DNA of 64,000 bases. Source: the human T2T-CHM13v2.0 reference genome, Homo sapiens. Positions 1-18,137 of the stretch are shown here, one piece after another. Each line of letters opens with the position of its first letter. The stretch's first letter is position 1. The DNA lies in assembly GCF_009914755.1 (NCBI RefSeq), contig NC_060936.1, one strand, 5' to 3'. The position numbers were made by a program, and so were the translations under genes. The notes below the pieces were generated by a model. It did not search any database and was not told the DNA's origin. It saw only the letters and a program-made list of their open reading frames with translations.

Positions 1-2859
<2,859 letters not shown>

Positions 2860-3026
2860 ATCACATATTTATCCAATCCACCATTAATGGGCATTTAGGT
2901 TGATTTCATGTCTTTGCTATTGTGAATAGTGCTGTGATTAACATATGAATGCATGTACACAGATTTTTGAAACTGTTAGATTTTTGCAGTTTCTCTAACC
3001 CCTCCATTGTTCAAAGGTCAACTGTA
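2860..3026. mobile_element. Older L1 3'-region fragment followed by a Tigger2/MER8-like terminal fragment
   Basis: ttaggttgatttcatgtctttgctattgtgaatagtgctg (L1), then ctaacccctccattgttcaaaggtcaactgta (Tigger-type TIR plus TA). Confidence 0.55.
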
Positions 3027-3984
3027 TGTGCTTTTATATCAGATAACTGAGTATAAATGTATACAATGCTTGGTTTAGTTTGATATCAACTTCCAATTCT
3101 TCTTCACTCATTTAACTCTATAAGGTGGAATTTCTCTCCCTCCTTTTTAGATTTAACAAATATTCTCTAGACATCTACAGCATTAGGCAATATGTCAGAT
3201 TCTACCTGTGTTCTTCTACCTGTATTCATATAATGCCTTGAAACTATCAGGATTTCAGAAATGGTTTCTGACCTTCAAAGTTCCAGCAGTTGGTGATTTC
3301 ATATGATATTAACATTGTACAGTGTTTCTCATAGGCTGATGACTGTTTAGTACACAGTGCGCTAGTTGCAGTATTTGGCTCTGTTCAAGGAATAGTCTAT
3401 TTTTAATGGGAAAAAATAGGTCATTTGGTAAAAACACCCAACATAAACATGACCTCTATTCTCAAGAGGATTTTAAAATGAATACCTTGTGGTTTCAGAG
3501 GAACACTTTTTAGGTTGGACATGCATGTAATTTACCTGTTATCTGCAGCTGTTAACATGCAAGCAGAAAGTTGATGCTTGACAGCATAAATAATTCTAGT
3601 GCAGGAACTTCAAAAAGGAGCCAGAAGAAAAAGAGAGCCATGTAGTTCTGTGTTGCAACAAAATTCATGGATTAAGGCACAGGTATGAACTCATGGAAAC
3701 TGAGTTAAAATTTCAGAAATATTGCGAAATCCCACAGTTTAAATGATAAAATATTCAAGTATGAGTAAGTCTGTTGACTTCTCAATGATAATATTGATGA
3801 GAAGCACCATTTCTACTTGATGAGGTAGCTAGGGAAAGTGGAGGCAATTTTACAGGATTTCTGTGTTGAATTCTAAAATTAGGATCATAGAGATTTTAAA
3901 ATATTGTGTCATATGTTGATAGGCATTGTATTTTTGGATGTAAAAACAACTGTATCTTTAAATGTAAATTATTAATATGATTTC

Positions 3985-4700
<716 letters not shown>

Positions 4701-5149
4701 ATTTCCTAAATGGAAAGCCTTTTAAAGATATGAAATAAATAATATTAGGTAGATGTTGGGATACAGGTTTATGCTTCTAATGTTCCCATTTCAGTTCTCA
4801 TTTCAAGCCTTGTTAAGGCTGTGCAAAGCCTGCTGGGACATATCCTCTGCCTCTCCAGCCTGCCTGCCTGCTGCACTGGGCATTCCAGCAGCAGCCCTGA
4901 GCTGCCCTCTCCGCTCCTCTCATGCCCTGCTGCTTCCAGCCTTCTCTTCCTTTGTCTGTCTGTTTTCTTCTACTTCAAACACTTTTGCCCTCCTCTGCCC
5001 TTCTCTGTAAAGCCTTCTCTTCTCTCTGCCCCCTTCTCTTCACACCAGAAGAATTAGGCTTCTCTCATCCCCACTTCCTCTCTCATGCACAACATTTTAC
5101 ACAGAGGGCTCTGTTGAATTGTTTGCAAGTCTTTTTTCATTTGCTAAAT

Positions 5150-5250
5150 GGTAATGAGTATGTCTTATTCATCTTGGTATTCCCAGCACCTAGCACAGTT
5201 CCTGGCATCCAGGAGGTGTTCAATCAATATTGTTGAAAGAATGAATAAAT
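5150..5250 (+). mobile_element. L2 3' end
   Basis: cccagcacctagcacagttcctggca...aatattgttgaaagaatgaat. Confidence 0.75.
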
Positions 5251-6879
5251 AGCTGACCCTCTCCTTCAGGGATAAGCAGCTGCCTTTAAGTTCCATTGCA
5301 GATGGCTGGGAGGCATCCTAAGTGGCTTTTCTTTCAGGGCTGGGTATGCTCCTAAGCTTCTTGTTCCTGAGTTGCTTGAAGAGAAATTCCCAGGCAAACA
5401 GACCTTTAATTACCACCAAAGGCCTATGCTTTCAGTATTTGTGAGGGATTTTATGTATGCCCAGCAGATTTAAGCTGATTGTGTAGAAATATCTGGCATC
5501 ATATATTGGTGGCATGAATGCTTTGCAAAATGAGTATAAATTTGGGCTGATATATTTTAACCTTTTAATTAATGTCTTGAAGTCTTACCTGCATTCATTA
5601 GCAAGGAATCCAATATCCCTTTTGAAGTTATACCCGCCCAGTCAACTTTAAACTTGATGCTTTGCCCAGTCCTATGTAGGGTCACTAGGGTCTGTGTTTT
5701 TCAAATACCAGCTATAGAAAAAGCTGTGCCATTCTGATTATTCTTCTACTTCATGTGTGTCTTACTGTTAGTGTGCTACATGGTGTCATTGTTGAAGCTT
5801 GCTCCTGCATAGTTCCACAGACTTCTGTCTACTCAGCATGAGTGTTGTCCCTGGCCCAGACCCTGCATGGGCCACAGCGCTGTTTCTAACCCCAGAATGG
5901 TGAGTTCAGAAGAGCTTCCATTAGTCATACTGGGGGCTGAAAACAGCTCTCCTACACATACCCTTTAGTGAGCAGCCCAAGTCAGCAGTGTGGCCATCCA
6001 CTTTCCCCACAGTTTTTGTTTGGAGACGTCTCATCATTCTTCTGTAGCGCTGGGCCTGTCAGGTCTTTCACAAGAAGCCTGTGTGCTTCCCATCTTGGGG
6101 AGCAGATCTCCTCTTTTCCTCCCTGGTGATCAGCTCTGCATGTCAGTGTCTTGCAGAGCTTTACTAGAGTCACAGAAGTTTATTACACTCTTTCCCATTC
6201 CCCTTCCTCAGTAACTTTCTTATCTTAACCCAGAGAACTACCGGGAAATTACCAAAGTGATTCCTCATGGAACCCAGGGAACATTTGCTTCGAGGTGACT
6301 TCCTGCCTCCCTGTCTTGAAATAAATGAAGCAAATATAAATTTTTATGGGTCTTTCAAATGGCACTAGATTTAAGCTCTACCTTGTCATGCATTATGTAT
6401 GTAAAAATGGTAGCCCTTTCATTCAGCTATACCATCACTTTCCCCTTAAGAGGTACCAAGAAGCTTAGTCAGTTAGAATGCAGAAAGATATTTAAACTGT
6501 AGCAACTTATGGAAGAAACTGAAACAATCTAGTTTCCAAATGTGAATTGTTCACATACTTTAAAATATAGGCTAAATTACATTATAGGCACTCATTACAA
6601 TACTCTTCACTACATCATTAATTTTCAGCTTCATCGTTTATTATTTTTTTACCTTGCCCTTGTTCTGGCCAGGATATTTCACTAATTGCACAGCCTCGAT
6701 CATATTTCAGGAATCTTCGTTCTTCTACTTCCTTTTGTGGCACCATCCGATCCAACATAAAAATAATTTTCTCCCAAAGCTATGTTGATCTTTTACTATC
6801 CCAGTGTTTCTCCCATAAAAAGAAAATAGTTACCATTCGTTGAAACTTTGTTATACTAATTGGTTCTTTATATTTTTGG

Positions 6880-8770
6880 TAATTTTTAAAATGTGGAAAT
6901 AATCTACCTGCATAAATGTGAAGGCCGATTGCACACAGGTATATCTTAATTATTGTGGAGTAAATTGTTATAAAATATTATTAAGTGGACACTCATGTTG
7001 CTCATGTTATCATCACTGATGTCAATCAAAGGAGTATTGTCAGGATCCCAGAAGCTGCCCTCTGGCTGTCCTAGTGATAAACCTCTCCCTTCCCTCCAAA
7101 GTAATAACTATCTCATGTTTTAGGCCCTTTGCTTTCTTACTTTGCTAAATAGTTTTACCACTTATACAACTTCTCTAACACCATAGCTTAGTTTTGGCTA
7201 TTTCTGAGTTTTATATATTTGTAATTATATAATGTTTTTGGTGAGGGGGTTTTGACTTCTTTTCTGTGACAGTTTCTGAGAACTATCCAGGCTTCAATTA
7301 GTACTAGTTTTCATTGTTGAACAGTCTCCATTGTAGGACTGTACTATAATATGCTCATCCATTCTTCTGGGCCTGGATTTTTCTTGTGGGAAAGTTTCTA
7401 AATATAGATAGAATTTTGTGAGTAGTTACAAATCTACTTTTTATTCCTATGTACATTTTGGTAATTTGTAAATGTTTTTTTTTCTAGAAACTTACTGATT
7501 TCACCTAAATTTTCATTTTTAGTTTGCATATCATTTAAAAAAAGAGCTGATTATTTGTTTAATCTCTGAAGAGTCTATAGCAATGCCCCTATTTCATTTC
7601 TGACATTGATTTCTGACATTGTGCTTTTTCTGTATATTTTTATCAGTCTTGCCAGGGACTGATTAATTTTACATCTTTTCATAGGACTAGCTGTGTTGGT
7701 CTATTGTATAATTCCTTTTTTCTTTACTGCTTATTTAATTGAAGTCTTTGAAAAACTTATATATTTCTCTCTTTGTGGTTAATTTTGCTGTTTCTTCTCT
7801 AATTCCTTGACAAGGATTTTTAATCATTCAGTTTTAGCATTTCTTATTTTCCAATATATTTATTCAAAATTAAAAGTTTAAGCATGGTGTTAGCTCTTTC
7901 TCACAGTGCTTTCATTATTATCCTGTTCAAAATATTTACTCTGCCTCATTGAGGTTTCTATTTTGACTCCTGTTATTTGGAAGTGTCTCTCTTAGTTTCC
8001 AATGATCTGGGAGTTCTCAAATTATATGTTACTGATGTATAGTTTAGTTATATTATGGACAAAGAATATCCTATGTATAATTTAGTCATTTTAATTTTTT
8101 TGAGACTTGTTTATGGCCCTGCTGATGATCAATATTTCTAAGTGTTCTCTGTTGCATTAAAAGAATGTGCATTCTGTAGTTGTGGGGTGAGTTTTTCTCT
8201 ATATATCCATTAGGCAGAGTTTGCTCATCCTCTTATTTAAATCCTTTATATCCTTACTAGTTTTTGTCTGCTTGTTCCATTGATTATTGAGTAAAATATG
8301 TTATTTCACATTTTCTATGGGAATTTATTTTTCCTTAATGTTTTGCCAATTTATTTTAATTTATATATTTTGATAGCACACTGTATCTTCCTGATAAGTT
8401 GACCCTGTTATCATTAGTAAGAATCCGTCTTAATTTATAATAATACTATTCACCTTTAAAATTGATATTAATATAGCTATACCAAATTTTATGTTGTTGT
8501 TATTTGCATGTTATCTTTTCCCACTATTTTCAACCTTTATGTAGCCTTAGTTTTAGGTATTTTTATAGCAGCATATAATTGAATTTTTACTTTGCAGGTC
8601 TGAAAAATATCTTTATTCTGTTCTCACTTTTTCTGTTTTCTGCATTGTCTGTTTTGTTCCTTGTTTTTATTTCATTTTGAGCTTTTTATTTTCCTTGTTA
8701 GAGATTTTCTTCAAATATATGATAATACCTGAAGTCTATCCATACAGGCTGAGCGATAAAAAGATGACTG
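6880..8770 (-). mobile_element. Ancient L1M(E-like) fragments
   Basis: T-rich decayed antisense L1 motifs (ctgggcctggatttttcttgtgggaaag; aagaatgtgcattctgtagttgtggggtg; gatattaatatagctataccaa). Boundaries approximate. Confidence 0.65.
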
Positions 8771-10921
8771 GGAAGTCTCTGTGCATGGATAGGCTTATTG
8801 ATGGATAAGAATTAGGGAGACGGAGGCAGTGTAGGAATTTGGCCATTTCACTGGGAGACCCTCAATTGTTAATAAGCCTTTTTTAAGCGGGAGGGGCTGC
8901 TCAGGTTTTTTTTTTTTTTTTTAGATGAAACTTCTGTCTTTAACCTAGACAAATAACATTGTGGATGATGGGACTCATATGTGTATGTACGCACACACAC
9001 ACACCCTTTGTATTTTAAAGCTCCTTCTCATTAAGGTACCTCATTCCAGGCTTGAACTTCTTCATGTAGCAAATATCCCATCTAAGTTAGGTGGGGTGAA
9101 AGTCATTTCCAGGTTTCATTGCATCAGGGAAGATACCTGGTGGCCTAACAACTCATTGTGAAAGATTTCTACTGATCCTCCATTGGAGGATCATTTTTCT
9201 CTTTCATTCCTCTTCTCCCTTGCCTTCAGAAATCCTGAGCTTCTCATCCCTGAGCATTATTGGGATCCAGAGGTAGAGTTTAGCTTCCTTCTTATTACGT
9301 GCTCCAGAAAAAGTCAATACAACAAAGAAAGCTGAAACTATGACCATCCCCGTTCCTCAACCTGCTTTCTAAAATTGCATTAAAAATTTCTCATGTTCTG
9401 TCATTTCTTCTCCTACTCTGCAGTTTTTTTTAAATTCCTACATTGTCATTGTAGTAAATTTTGGAAGAGGGAAACATAATTTCTCACTCCACCAAGTTTA
9501 TGTGTAATCTTACTTCTAGGGTGCTGTTTACATGTGGCACCAAAAGGCCTAAAAAATAACATCTAAGAGACAGTTGAAGCAGGGGTATCTAGTTCAAAGA
9601 CACTGGGCAGATGTTGAAAAAGAAAGGATTATTGTGAATAAAGCACAGTGTATTTTACTCGTGGTCCCAACTACTTACACCTGAATCAGATGGTAAGAGC
9701 AAGTACAAGAACAAGTAAAAGTGAAAAGTGAGTTTTCCATAATATCTTTGGGAATTTGAGACTGCAGGGCATCAGTGTCCCTGTTGCTATTGGCTTATGG
9801 TAGCACAGGCATGGTACAATGATGTGGGTGTATTCGTTGACTGATTACAGACATTATAAGGGAGGCATCTGTTGTAATAACAGAATTTGCAAAGATGTCT
9901 GCATTGTCTTTGGCACAGACATGAGTACCTTGGTCTTGGTGCACATGTTGACAACATGAGTGGCAGTAGCAGGCTCTTTGGTGGGCATCAGTTGAGGAGA
10001 GGGTATCTCTGGAACCACTTTTGACATTGGAATCAACTAGCCTTCATGACAGTGAGTGGAACAAGAGGAAAATAGCACTGTAATAGCTAACAGTACTGGT
10101 TCCAACAGCGCAAAGGAAACTCTCAGAAAACTTACTGAGTTATTTGGAGGAACTCGATGGGTCTGAAATGTTCACAAGATGGGTGGAATTGTGGCTTTTC
10201 TTCTCTCCTCTCTTTTCCTTTTTCTTTTTGCTTTTTTGACCGTGGTCTGATAGCTGGTGTGGTGCAGCTTTTGAAACACACATTTCAAAAGCAGAGCGTG
10301 AAATTCTTGGTGGTTAAGTCAAGAGAAACTATATAATTAGTAAAATTATGAAACAAATTTATGGGGCAATGAGAACTAATTCACTTCTAATTTGAAGGGC
10401 ATTTGATGATGATGAGGCTTTGTGAGGCTAAAGAGATGTCCCTTGGGCTTTAGAGCTCTTCGTGGAAGGTCCAAGTTCAGGTATGGCCAAGCACAAATGG
10501 GGAAAGTGCTTCATAATCCTTTCTCTGATATGCCACTTCTATATTATTGGCAAACTCAATTCCAGGGCCCCTCTCCCAAACTCCTGTGTTGCTCTCTCCA
10601 GCTCTATTCTATACTACTAAATGATGTCTGCTTAATATTATCTTCTTGTTACCTTTTTCTGACACTTTGTAAGAGACCTATAAAATACCTTTGGTCTTCA
10701 GAAATGCAGCCTCCACTCTCTCCAGGTTACACATTATCTGCCTTTATTTTATCTTTTCAACACTTTATATTTCAAAATCAGGCTCCCTTTATATTAGCTA
10801 GTTAAGTGATGTCAAATCTAGCTTTTCATCTATTCAGTCCACAGATATTCCCTCACTTATTGTGACTCAGTTGACACACTCACCGTTTGTCCCACATCTC
10901 TCAAAACGGAGACACATTGGT

Positions 10922-11145
10922 CTTTTGGGGTTTTTGTTTTTGTGTTTTTGAGACAGGTTATCACTCTGTTGCCCAGGCTTGAGTGCAGTGGTGCAATCAA
11001 GGCTTGCTCGCTGTAGCGTTGACCTCCTGGGCTCAAGCAATCCTCCTAGCTCAGTCTCTAAGTAGCTTGATCTACAGGTATGTGCCACCAAGCCTGGCTA
11101 ATTTTTTGGTTTTGTAGAGATGTGGTGCACTATGTTTCCCAGGCT
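10922..11145 (-). mobile_element. 5'-truncated AluJ
   Basis: gacctcctgggctcaagcaatcctcc (J-type). Flanked by aca(c/g)attggtctt on both sides (TSD-like). Confidence 0.85.
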
Positions 11146-12295
11146 TAACAGATTGGTCTTAACTGGACCATATATCACATTTTTTAACTGGAGAGAGAGG
11201 GGAGTGCTATTCTAAATTTCAGGACACCTGTGAAATTTATATGCGGAAACAGTACATTAGATTTAAACAAAAGTTAAATTCCCCATTTCCTAGAGCAGTG
11301 CCACAAAGTGTGGGCACATCTGTTTATCTTCGTTCTAATTAGGAATAATTTGAGAACCAACCTCAGTCTACCAACTACACTGATGGCTTTTTTTGTATAG
11401 CCAATTTAGTGTCATTTATTTCTAAAAGGCTAGAAGAATGGTTGCACAGTTAAAATTGAACAAAATACTCAGAACCACAATTTTAGACTCTACCCTCTTT
11501 CCTGGGTGAATATTTACAATGCTTTTCATTGCAACGAATATAATCTCGGTGACGTTAGCTCAAGAACAAAGATAAGGTAGGGAACAGTGATTCTTAGGAA
11601 GCAACATGGATGTCCCATGGAATCCAAAGTGCTGGTATGCATGTCCCAGGAAGGCATTGGAATTAGACTGACACACCACCCATGTTTTTTCCTGTCTTCT
11701 CTCCTTTGCATATGTCAGCCAGCTTTCATCCTCTGCCTGCCCTCTCACTCTCTGCCACTCTCACTCTCTTTCCTTCTCTTGCTTTGTCTGCAGATTACAG
11801 GGGATAAAACTGTGGTCTCCAACAATCACTGGGTTATTTTCTCATATAACCTCCAGGAAAGATATTTCCTTCTTTCTCTCTTTTTGTATTGGTTCTAAAT
11901 TACCAGAAAAGGAAACAATAGCAGAGTTGGGCATCATTGTATATGTCTCCATAAGCTTACCCCAATGGCAGGAATAAATTACTAGAAAACAGGCACTGAG
12001 TGATAATCCAAGATGGGACCACTAGCTCTGGGGTGCTATTTTCTTTCCCTTGAGAATTTATGAGTTTACAAGTATCAGGGTCATGGTCTAGCATGCAGTG
12101 AGACATCAGTAATTATTTGTTTAATGAATAAATGAATATAAATTAAGATAGGTGCTTATCCAATATAAATTTACATGCTGCAATAAGGTTCCTGGGTAAA
12201 AAGACAGTTCCCTTCTCCCTTCCCCATATCACTGGAGCCTAAAATTGTTTCAACAGGAATATGGAGTAAATCATTGGGAAATAGTGTTGAGTAGC

Positions 12296-12400
12296 TACAG
12301 GGAAGAGAAAAAGAGGTGGTTGAATTCATATCCAGAGGAAGATGGACGAAAAGAAGAAAGGGAAGAAGAAGGAGGAGGAGAGAGAAGAGAAAGAAAAGAA
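12296..12400 (+). repeat. GA-rich low-complexity tract
   Basis: gaaaagaagaaagggaagaagaaggaggaggagagagaagagaaagaaaagaaa. Confidence 0.8.
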
Positions 12401-14225
12401 ATTGTCACAATTGCTTTGAATTTGAAAATTTTGTAGGAAATACAAGAACAGTCTCATTTTTCAGGTTTCTTCATTTTATTATATACAGTGGACAAATTAT
12501 AGTTCCTGGCAACTGTTAATTATTGTATTTATGTCCCATTGTTTTTATTCCATTATTTTGATCATTTGCAACCATGAACACTTGCCTCCACTGACACATA
12601 CCCATTAAAATTGAACTTGGTTTTTGTTCTACTTTGAACAGCATCAAAATCTTTGCAAAACTTGTAAGTTATTTTATGCCCTTCTAATTAGTTTAGATAG
12701 AAGAATCATTATATAGGGTAAATTAATGAATGCCATTCTGGCTTAGCTTACAATTCCCTTTTACAATAATAAAAACTTATGGCAATGCATTGTATATATT
12801 TTACTTGAATAGTTCTAAACACTTAATTTTATTTAACATTAAAATGTGACTAAATTAATTATGAAATTACTTTCAGGTAATTTGTGACTCTCTGGATTCC
12901 TTTGGGGATTTATTGGGGTTCTCTTAGCAACAAGCTCAGGATTTTAAAGCTTGGTTATCTGTATCATTTTTCTAATAACTTTAGTGAAGATAAATGAAGT
13001 CTCTTTGTTGTATTTGTTTACTTCATTAGAGGTAGAAGACAGAACTATTCAGAGCATCAAATTAGATTGCATATTCCTGGAGTGTTTGGGAAGTTGATAA
13101 AAGAAAAGAATTAAACTATGAAAGAAACTTGGGATATAACCACACAAAATCTGGGACTTTAGAATTAGTTTTGAGGCTATATTGTTTTTTAACCTTATAG
13201 ACCTTTATATTTTGACTTTAAAAGACACACAACAAATGTAGTTTTACAGTATCCATTTGAAGGGCAGTGGAATATATTTTGTTTCCTTTTTTTCATATGG
13301 ATAAAATAAATGTGTTTTACTGTGTAGCTCTGGTATTGTTTGTGCCAGCAAATTGGTGCACTAAATCATGTATTGATAAGTAATCTCATTTAAAAAATAC
13401 TTTAATATGATTAAGTAGATTTTCAATATTTTACTTTTTAAATTATTCAACTGACGTTCGAAGTAAGTAAATTTACAGCATGTGTTGCAGAAAGTCAAAG
13501 ATATGTTCTTTATTTTGATTTATTTATATTCTAGCCTCTAGCTTTTTATTCCAGAAGAGGTAATAAAAATGATACAATAACGCTCTATTCTAACTTTGTT
13601 AGAGCATCATAATTACATGGCACACAATTTGTCTTTGATGTTTGCTTTTATTTTATCTTGTATTGCAAATCCTTGTTTTTACCTTTTATGCTTTTATACT
13701 CATCCTACTTTGGCCCTGATGTCAAATGATTTAAGTAATTTACTACTTAATTCATTTACTTATTTATTGCATTCCTAAAACATACTATACCCTGGGCCAA
13801 GAATTTCATTTGCCAAAAAAAAAAAAAAAAGATACATGTTTATTACCCTTGATGAAGCAAATCTTATGGGAGAGAAGGGCAATGTAAGAAAATCATTAAA
13901 ATACTCTGGGAAAATGATTTAACATAGAGGTATAGTCAAAGTATTATGACAACACTAGGGAAGCGATAACTTTCAAAAGTAATGGCAGTAGGTTTCTCAG
14001 TGGACAGACTGAGTTAGTAATCTCAAGCCAGAAGACAGGGATTGGCATGGGACAATAAAGAGAGCATTCTGGGCAGCCATTATAAGTGTATTATGAAATG
14101 GTGGTATATTGGTGAGATTGATTTCCTAGTAGGAGGAGGGCCTGAAAGAAGGAGATTCTGAAATGTAAGGAGATGAGTCTAAAAATGAAGATGCCTTGCA
14201 GAGTGGAGGTTCTTCTTATCCATGT

Positions 14226-14585
14226 TGTCTTAGTCCATTTTCACGCTGCTGATAAAGACATACCTGATACTGGGAAGAAACAGAGGTTTAATGGACTTAC
14301 AGTTCCACATGGCTGGGAGGCATCACAATCATGGTGGAAAGCAAGGAGGAGCAAGTCACATCTTACGTGGATGGCGGCCAGCAAAGAGAGAGTTTGTGCA
14401 GAGGAACTCCTCTATTTAAAACCATCAGATCTCATGAGACCCACTCACCATTGCGAGAAGAGCACAAGAAAGACCAGTCCCACTTATTCAACTACCTACC
14501 ACTGGGTCCCTCCCACAACACGTGGGAATTGTGGAAGTTACAATCCAAGATGAGATTTGGGTAGGGACACAGCCAAACCATATCA
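14226..14585 (-). mobile_element. THE1 (MaLR, THE1B-like) solo LTR, 360 bp
   Basis: tgtcttagtccattttcacgctgctgataaagacatacc ... ggacacagccaaaccatatca. TSD catgt/catgc. Confidence 0.92.
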
Positions 14586-14699
14586 CATGCTTTACCCTGT
14601 GACATTGGGGACCACAATATTATTTTGAAAAATGGAAGCCAGTAGGCCAGAAGTTTACCTTTTTTTACATGCATATTATGAAATAGTTGTACTAGAAGC

Positions 14700-14880
14700 T
14701 TTGCATACTTTATATCATGTGTTCCCCAATAAACCCCTGGGAAGGAAAGGTATTTTTATTCCCACTATATAGATAAGGAAATGGATGATTATCAAAGTTG
14801 ATCATTTGTCCCAAGTCATGGGGGTATGGGGTGGGTTGCAAGCTTAATCTTTTCTGGTTCCAGGACTTCTGCTTCTCCAG
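14700..14880 (-). mobile_element. MIR
   Basis: ggtatttttattcccactatatagataaggaaa...tgtcccaagtcat resembles the antisense MIR core. Confidence 0.6.
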
Positions 14881-17800
14881 TATGCCCTGTTTCTTTGCTA
14901 GAAATCCCCATAGTGTCAATAAAGAATTTACTGTGGGTGGAAATAGTTACAATAGAATAGGAAATTATTACTTTAGTTTCAGATTAGAGATGATTATGGA
15001 CAGAATTTAGACATTGATAGTGGTGATGACAGAAAAACAGCATAGATTTGAGAGCCTTTCAGAAGTAACATTAGTGATTAATCACTAATGTTGAGAGTAA
15101 AGGAAAGGGAGAAATTGATGTAATACTAATGTTTCTGTATACAGCACAAATGAATTTCACTGAATGGGCTGAAGTAAGGCAAGAAATGGAAGAAAGAATT
15201 GATGTATGCTGGATGTATTCACAGTGAGGGTGGGCTTGGTTAATGATACTCTGTCTCCCGTCTTCTTAGATATGTCTTCCTTATAGAACTTAGAGGGAAT
15301 TAATGGCTAAAGTTAGGAAATTTGAGTTGGAATTTTATCAGTGACCATTGTTAGGTTCAGATGCAATTTTAATCATTACAGGCTACAGCTAACAATTGTC
15401 TGCAGCTTTTTTGTGACATTCCAGGGGATCTTGCCCCATAGCCTCAAACCATAGGTCTGGCCTGGAAGGTCCTTACACATGTATTGAGCTCCATCAAAGT
15501 ATTTTAAATCAAGAACTAGAGATTTTGAGCAAATATACTAAAATGTGGTTATTTGGATAATAGTCGAGTAAGTGACTGGAGTCATTAATCTAGTTAATCA
15601 TTTCACTACAAACACAAAATGATTGAGGAAAGGTTAATTTTAAAAATCTAGGTTTAGTTCCTGGCATTTTGTAGTGACAAATTTTCACTTTAATGCCTTA
15701 AGAATCCTTAGAGCTTTTGCTTTAGTTTTAGTGTGTTTAATGCAGACCTGTACTCATGCAAGTCAACTCCTCGCCCATGATTTACTTGTGTGTGAAGCCC
15801 CCAATCTTATTTATGTTGTCCAAACATGGCTGAGAGAGACAGCTGTGACATTATGAATCCAGCTGGCCACAGATGGTTTTTCAGTGAAGTATGGATCCAT
15901 ATTGGTTTGGTGATCTGTGTGTACTGCCTCCTGTTAAAATTCAGACTCAACCACTAAATCACCTGGCATTGACTGCAACCACTTATGTATGACTAATAGA
16001 CTGAAGTGAACTGGAACTTTTGTTGCTAGTGATCAAGACCCTTACTGTAAGACCAATTCACTATATTATAGTTTTATTGACTATTTTGCTCATGTTAGAG
16101 TCTGTTTAGTTTAGTCATTTTGCAACAGGTTTTAATAGGCTTGGTATCTCGTATTGTCAAGATGTTATGATAATTAGCCTTTTCCAGATCTTGTATATTG
16201 AAATCTCCACGTTTGTTATGGATTTGATGGTTAAGGTTTAAATCTCGAGGAAAAAATAATTGAAGTTAGAGGCTGAGAAAAAATTTATTTAGGATCTTAA
16301 AAGCCTATATCAATGATCAATAGTTACTTAGAAGGCTGGTAGAACTGCAAGATTTTCTAGATAGTGGAAAAAAGAAAACAAATAAAGCATAAAAGAAAAC
16401 AAAGGATGTATGAGTTGTTAAAATAATCAGCTAATGCACCAAACAAAATAACTTTAATTGTGCCTCTTAGCAAATAAAGTTTAATTCTGAATTACTTGCC
16501 CAAATCAGTAGGTATATGAAACCTCACAATTTCACTTTTCTAGAGTCCAATGTGATATTCAAACTGGCTAAAATTGCTGATATAAATATATGCCTGTCTT
16601 GTTGTTTACAATCCAACCAGGAAATCTTGTTAAATGTTAATGGATATGCAAATGAATGAAATAGTAGCTGAAAATTTTTATGACAGGTCTGCATATTTGT
16701 AATTCTTCTTCATATTTATCCAAAGCAGCAAAAATAAGAATAATTACTGAATGACTAGTCTTTATATATTATTCTTCATTTTTAAGTATATTAGTTATTT
16801 CATAAGTTGTCAGTACTATCTCATCTGCATTGTTATAGCATCTAGCACTTATCATATGTCCACAGCCACAGGCAAGGATACTTTATTTTGTGCTGATATA
16901 TTACTCTGGGTGAATACAGGACAGTTATCTTCCAGTCAGTCAAGAAGCTATAAATGTAGCTGGAGAGATAAAGTGAACACACAAAACAATTTTTAGAAGT
17001 TTTTAATATCTTCCTCCATGGAAAAGTTTTTCATGATTCAATCTCATTTTATTGCTGTTTCTAGGATTTAATGTATGGAGATCTACCCATGCCATATATA
17101 AATAAATATGAATGATTTGGGTCACTTTATTAAATCATAATTTAAACAAATATTTATTAATTCTCCACTGGAGAATCAACAGTAGACAAGATAGCCAAAA
17201 TAGCTTCCTATTCTTCTGGACAGTTTTTTCTCTTGGTTTTCAGTGATAGGAGCTTGTTTCTTGACATCCTAGTAATTTTTGAATGATGGACAGATATTAT
17301 GTATAAAAGTGTGTAGAGGATAAAACAAAATTTTATTTTTCCACAAAACATTTACTTTTTCCTTTGTTAAGTGGAGACAGTAGAAGCTGTTCACCACAAT
17401 CTGGTCATCAAATGGCCTGGGTAAGGGCTGGTTTATACTTTCATCAAGGATTCATCCATCTCTGGTTTTCTGTAGCCCTCCAGAGGGCTGTATTCTCTTG
17501 GACCACATTCTCTAGCTGGTTCTGAACTCTAATAGAGTCCTCAATATAAGGAAGTTGCCAAACCTCCCTAATGCTCTTTAGAGATTTTACTTAGTCTTTT
17601 AGTCTCCTTCCTGTACAAGTTCAGAAAGGTTTGGCAAGTGTCTTGAAAGGCAACCAGCTGTGTGTCATGCTGTCTTCTGGGTTTCTCCTTCCTCACTAGG
17701 ATCTTGGCTCCTTAAATTTCCAATGTTGTCTGTTCTTCACAGTTCTAACTTTCCACAGTTCTCTCTAATCTGGTATCTTGATTTTTCTAGTCTTCATTGC

Positions 17801-17952
17801 CTCAACAATTTTAATTTTTTGATTATTTAAACAGTGTTAACACTTTTGATTAACATATATTCAAATTGTATACACATGTACAGTAGCACCACTTCATTAA
17901 AACTCCTTTTGTCAGTAACCTCCATGATACCAAATTTGTGACATTTTTTGCA

Positions 17953-18137
17953 TTTTTAAAAAACTTTTAAGTTCAGGAGTACATGTGCAGTTTTGCTATA
18001 TAGATAATCTCGTGTCATGGGGGTTTGTTTTACAGATTGTTTCATCACTCAGGTATTAAGCCTAGTACCCATTAATTATTTTTCCTGATCCTCTCTCTCC
18101 TCCCACCCTTTTCCCTCTGAAAAGCCCCAGAGTGTGG
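17953..18137 (-). mobile_element. L1PA (PA13-16-like) 3' end fragment
   Basis: aacttttaagttcaggagtacatgtgcag...caggtattaagcctagtacccatt...ttttcctgatcctctc. Confidence 0.8.

Noticed and set aside
7596-7621. 13-bp tandem duplications (atttctgacattg x2; also agatattgtaggt x2 at 21234-21259)
   Set aside because: Ordinary slippage micro-duplications with no further structure.
9790-10140. Coding-looking segment with open minus-strand frames and GTAAGT donors (near 9674 and 10131)
   Set aside because: No recognisable protein in the frames I translated and no convincing acceptor/donor pair; may be an ancient repeat or unique intron.
11740-11835. Strong polypyrimidine tract plus CAG acceptor at 11793
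   Set aside because: No good donor at exon distance; such sites are common in long introns.
14303-14325. PRDM9 hotspot motif in the THE1 LTR
   Set aside because: This copy reads cctcccagccatg on the minus strand and does not match CCTCCCTNNCCAC.
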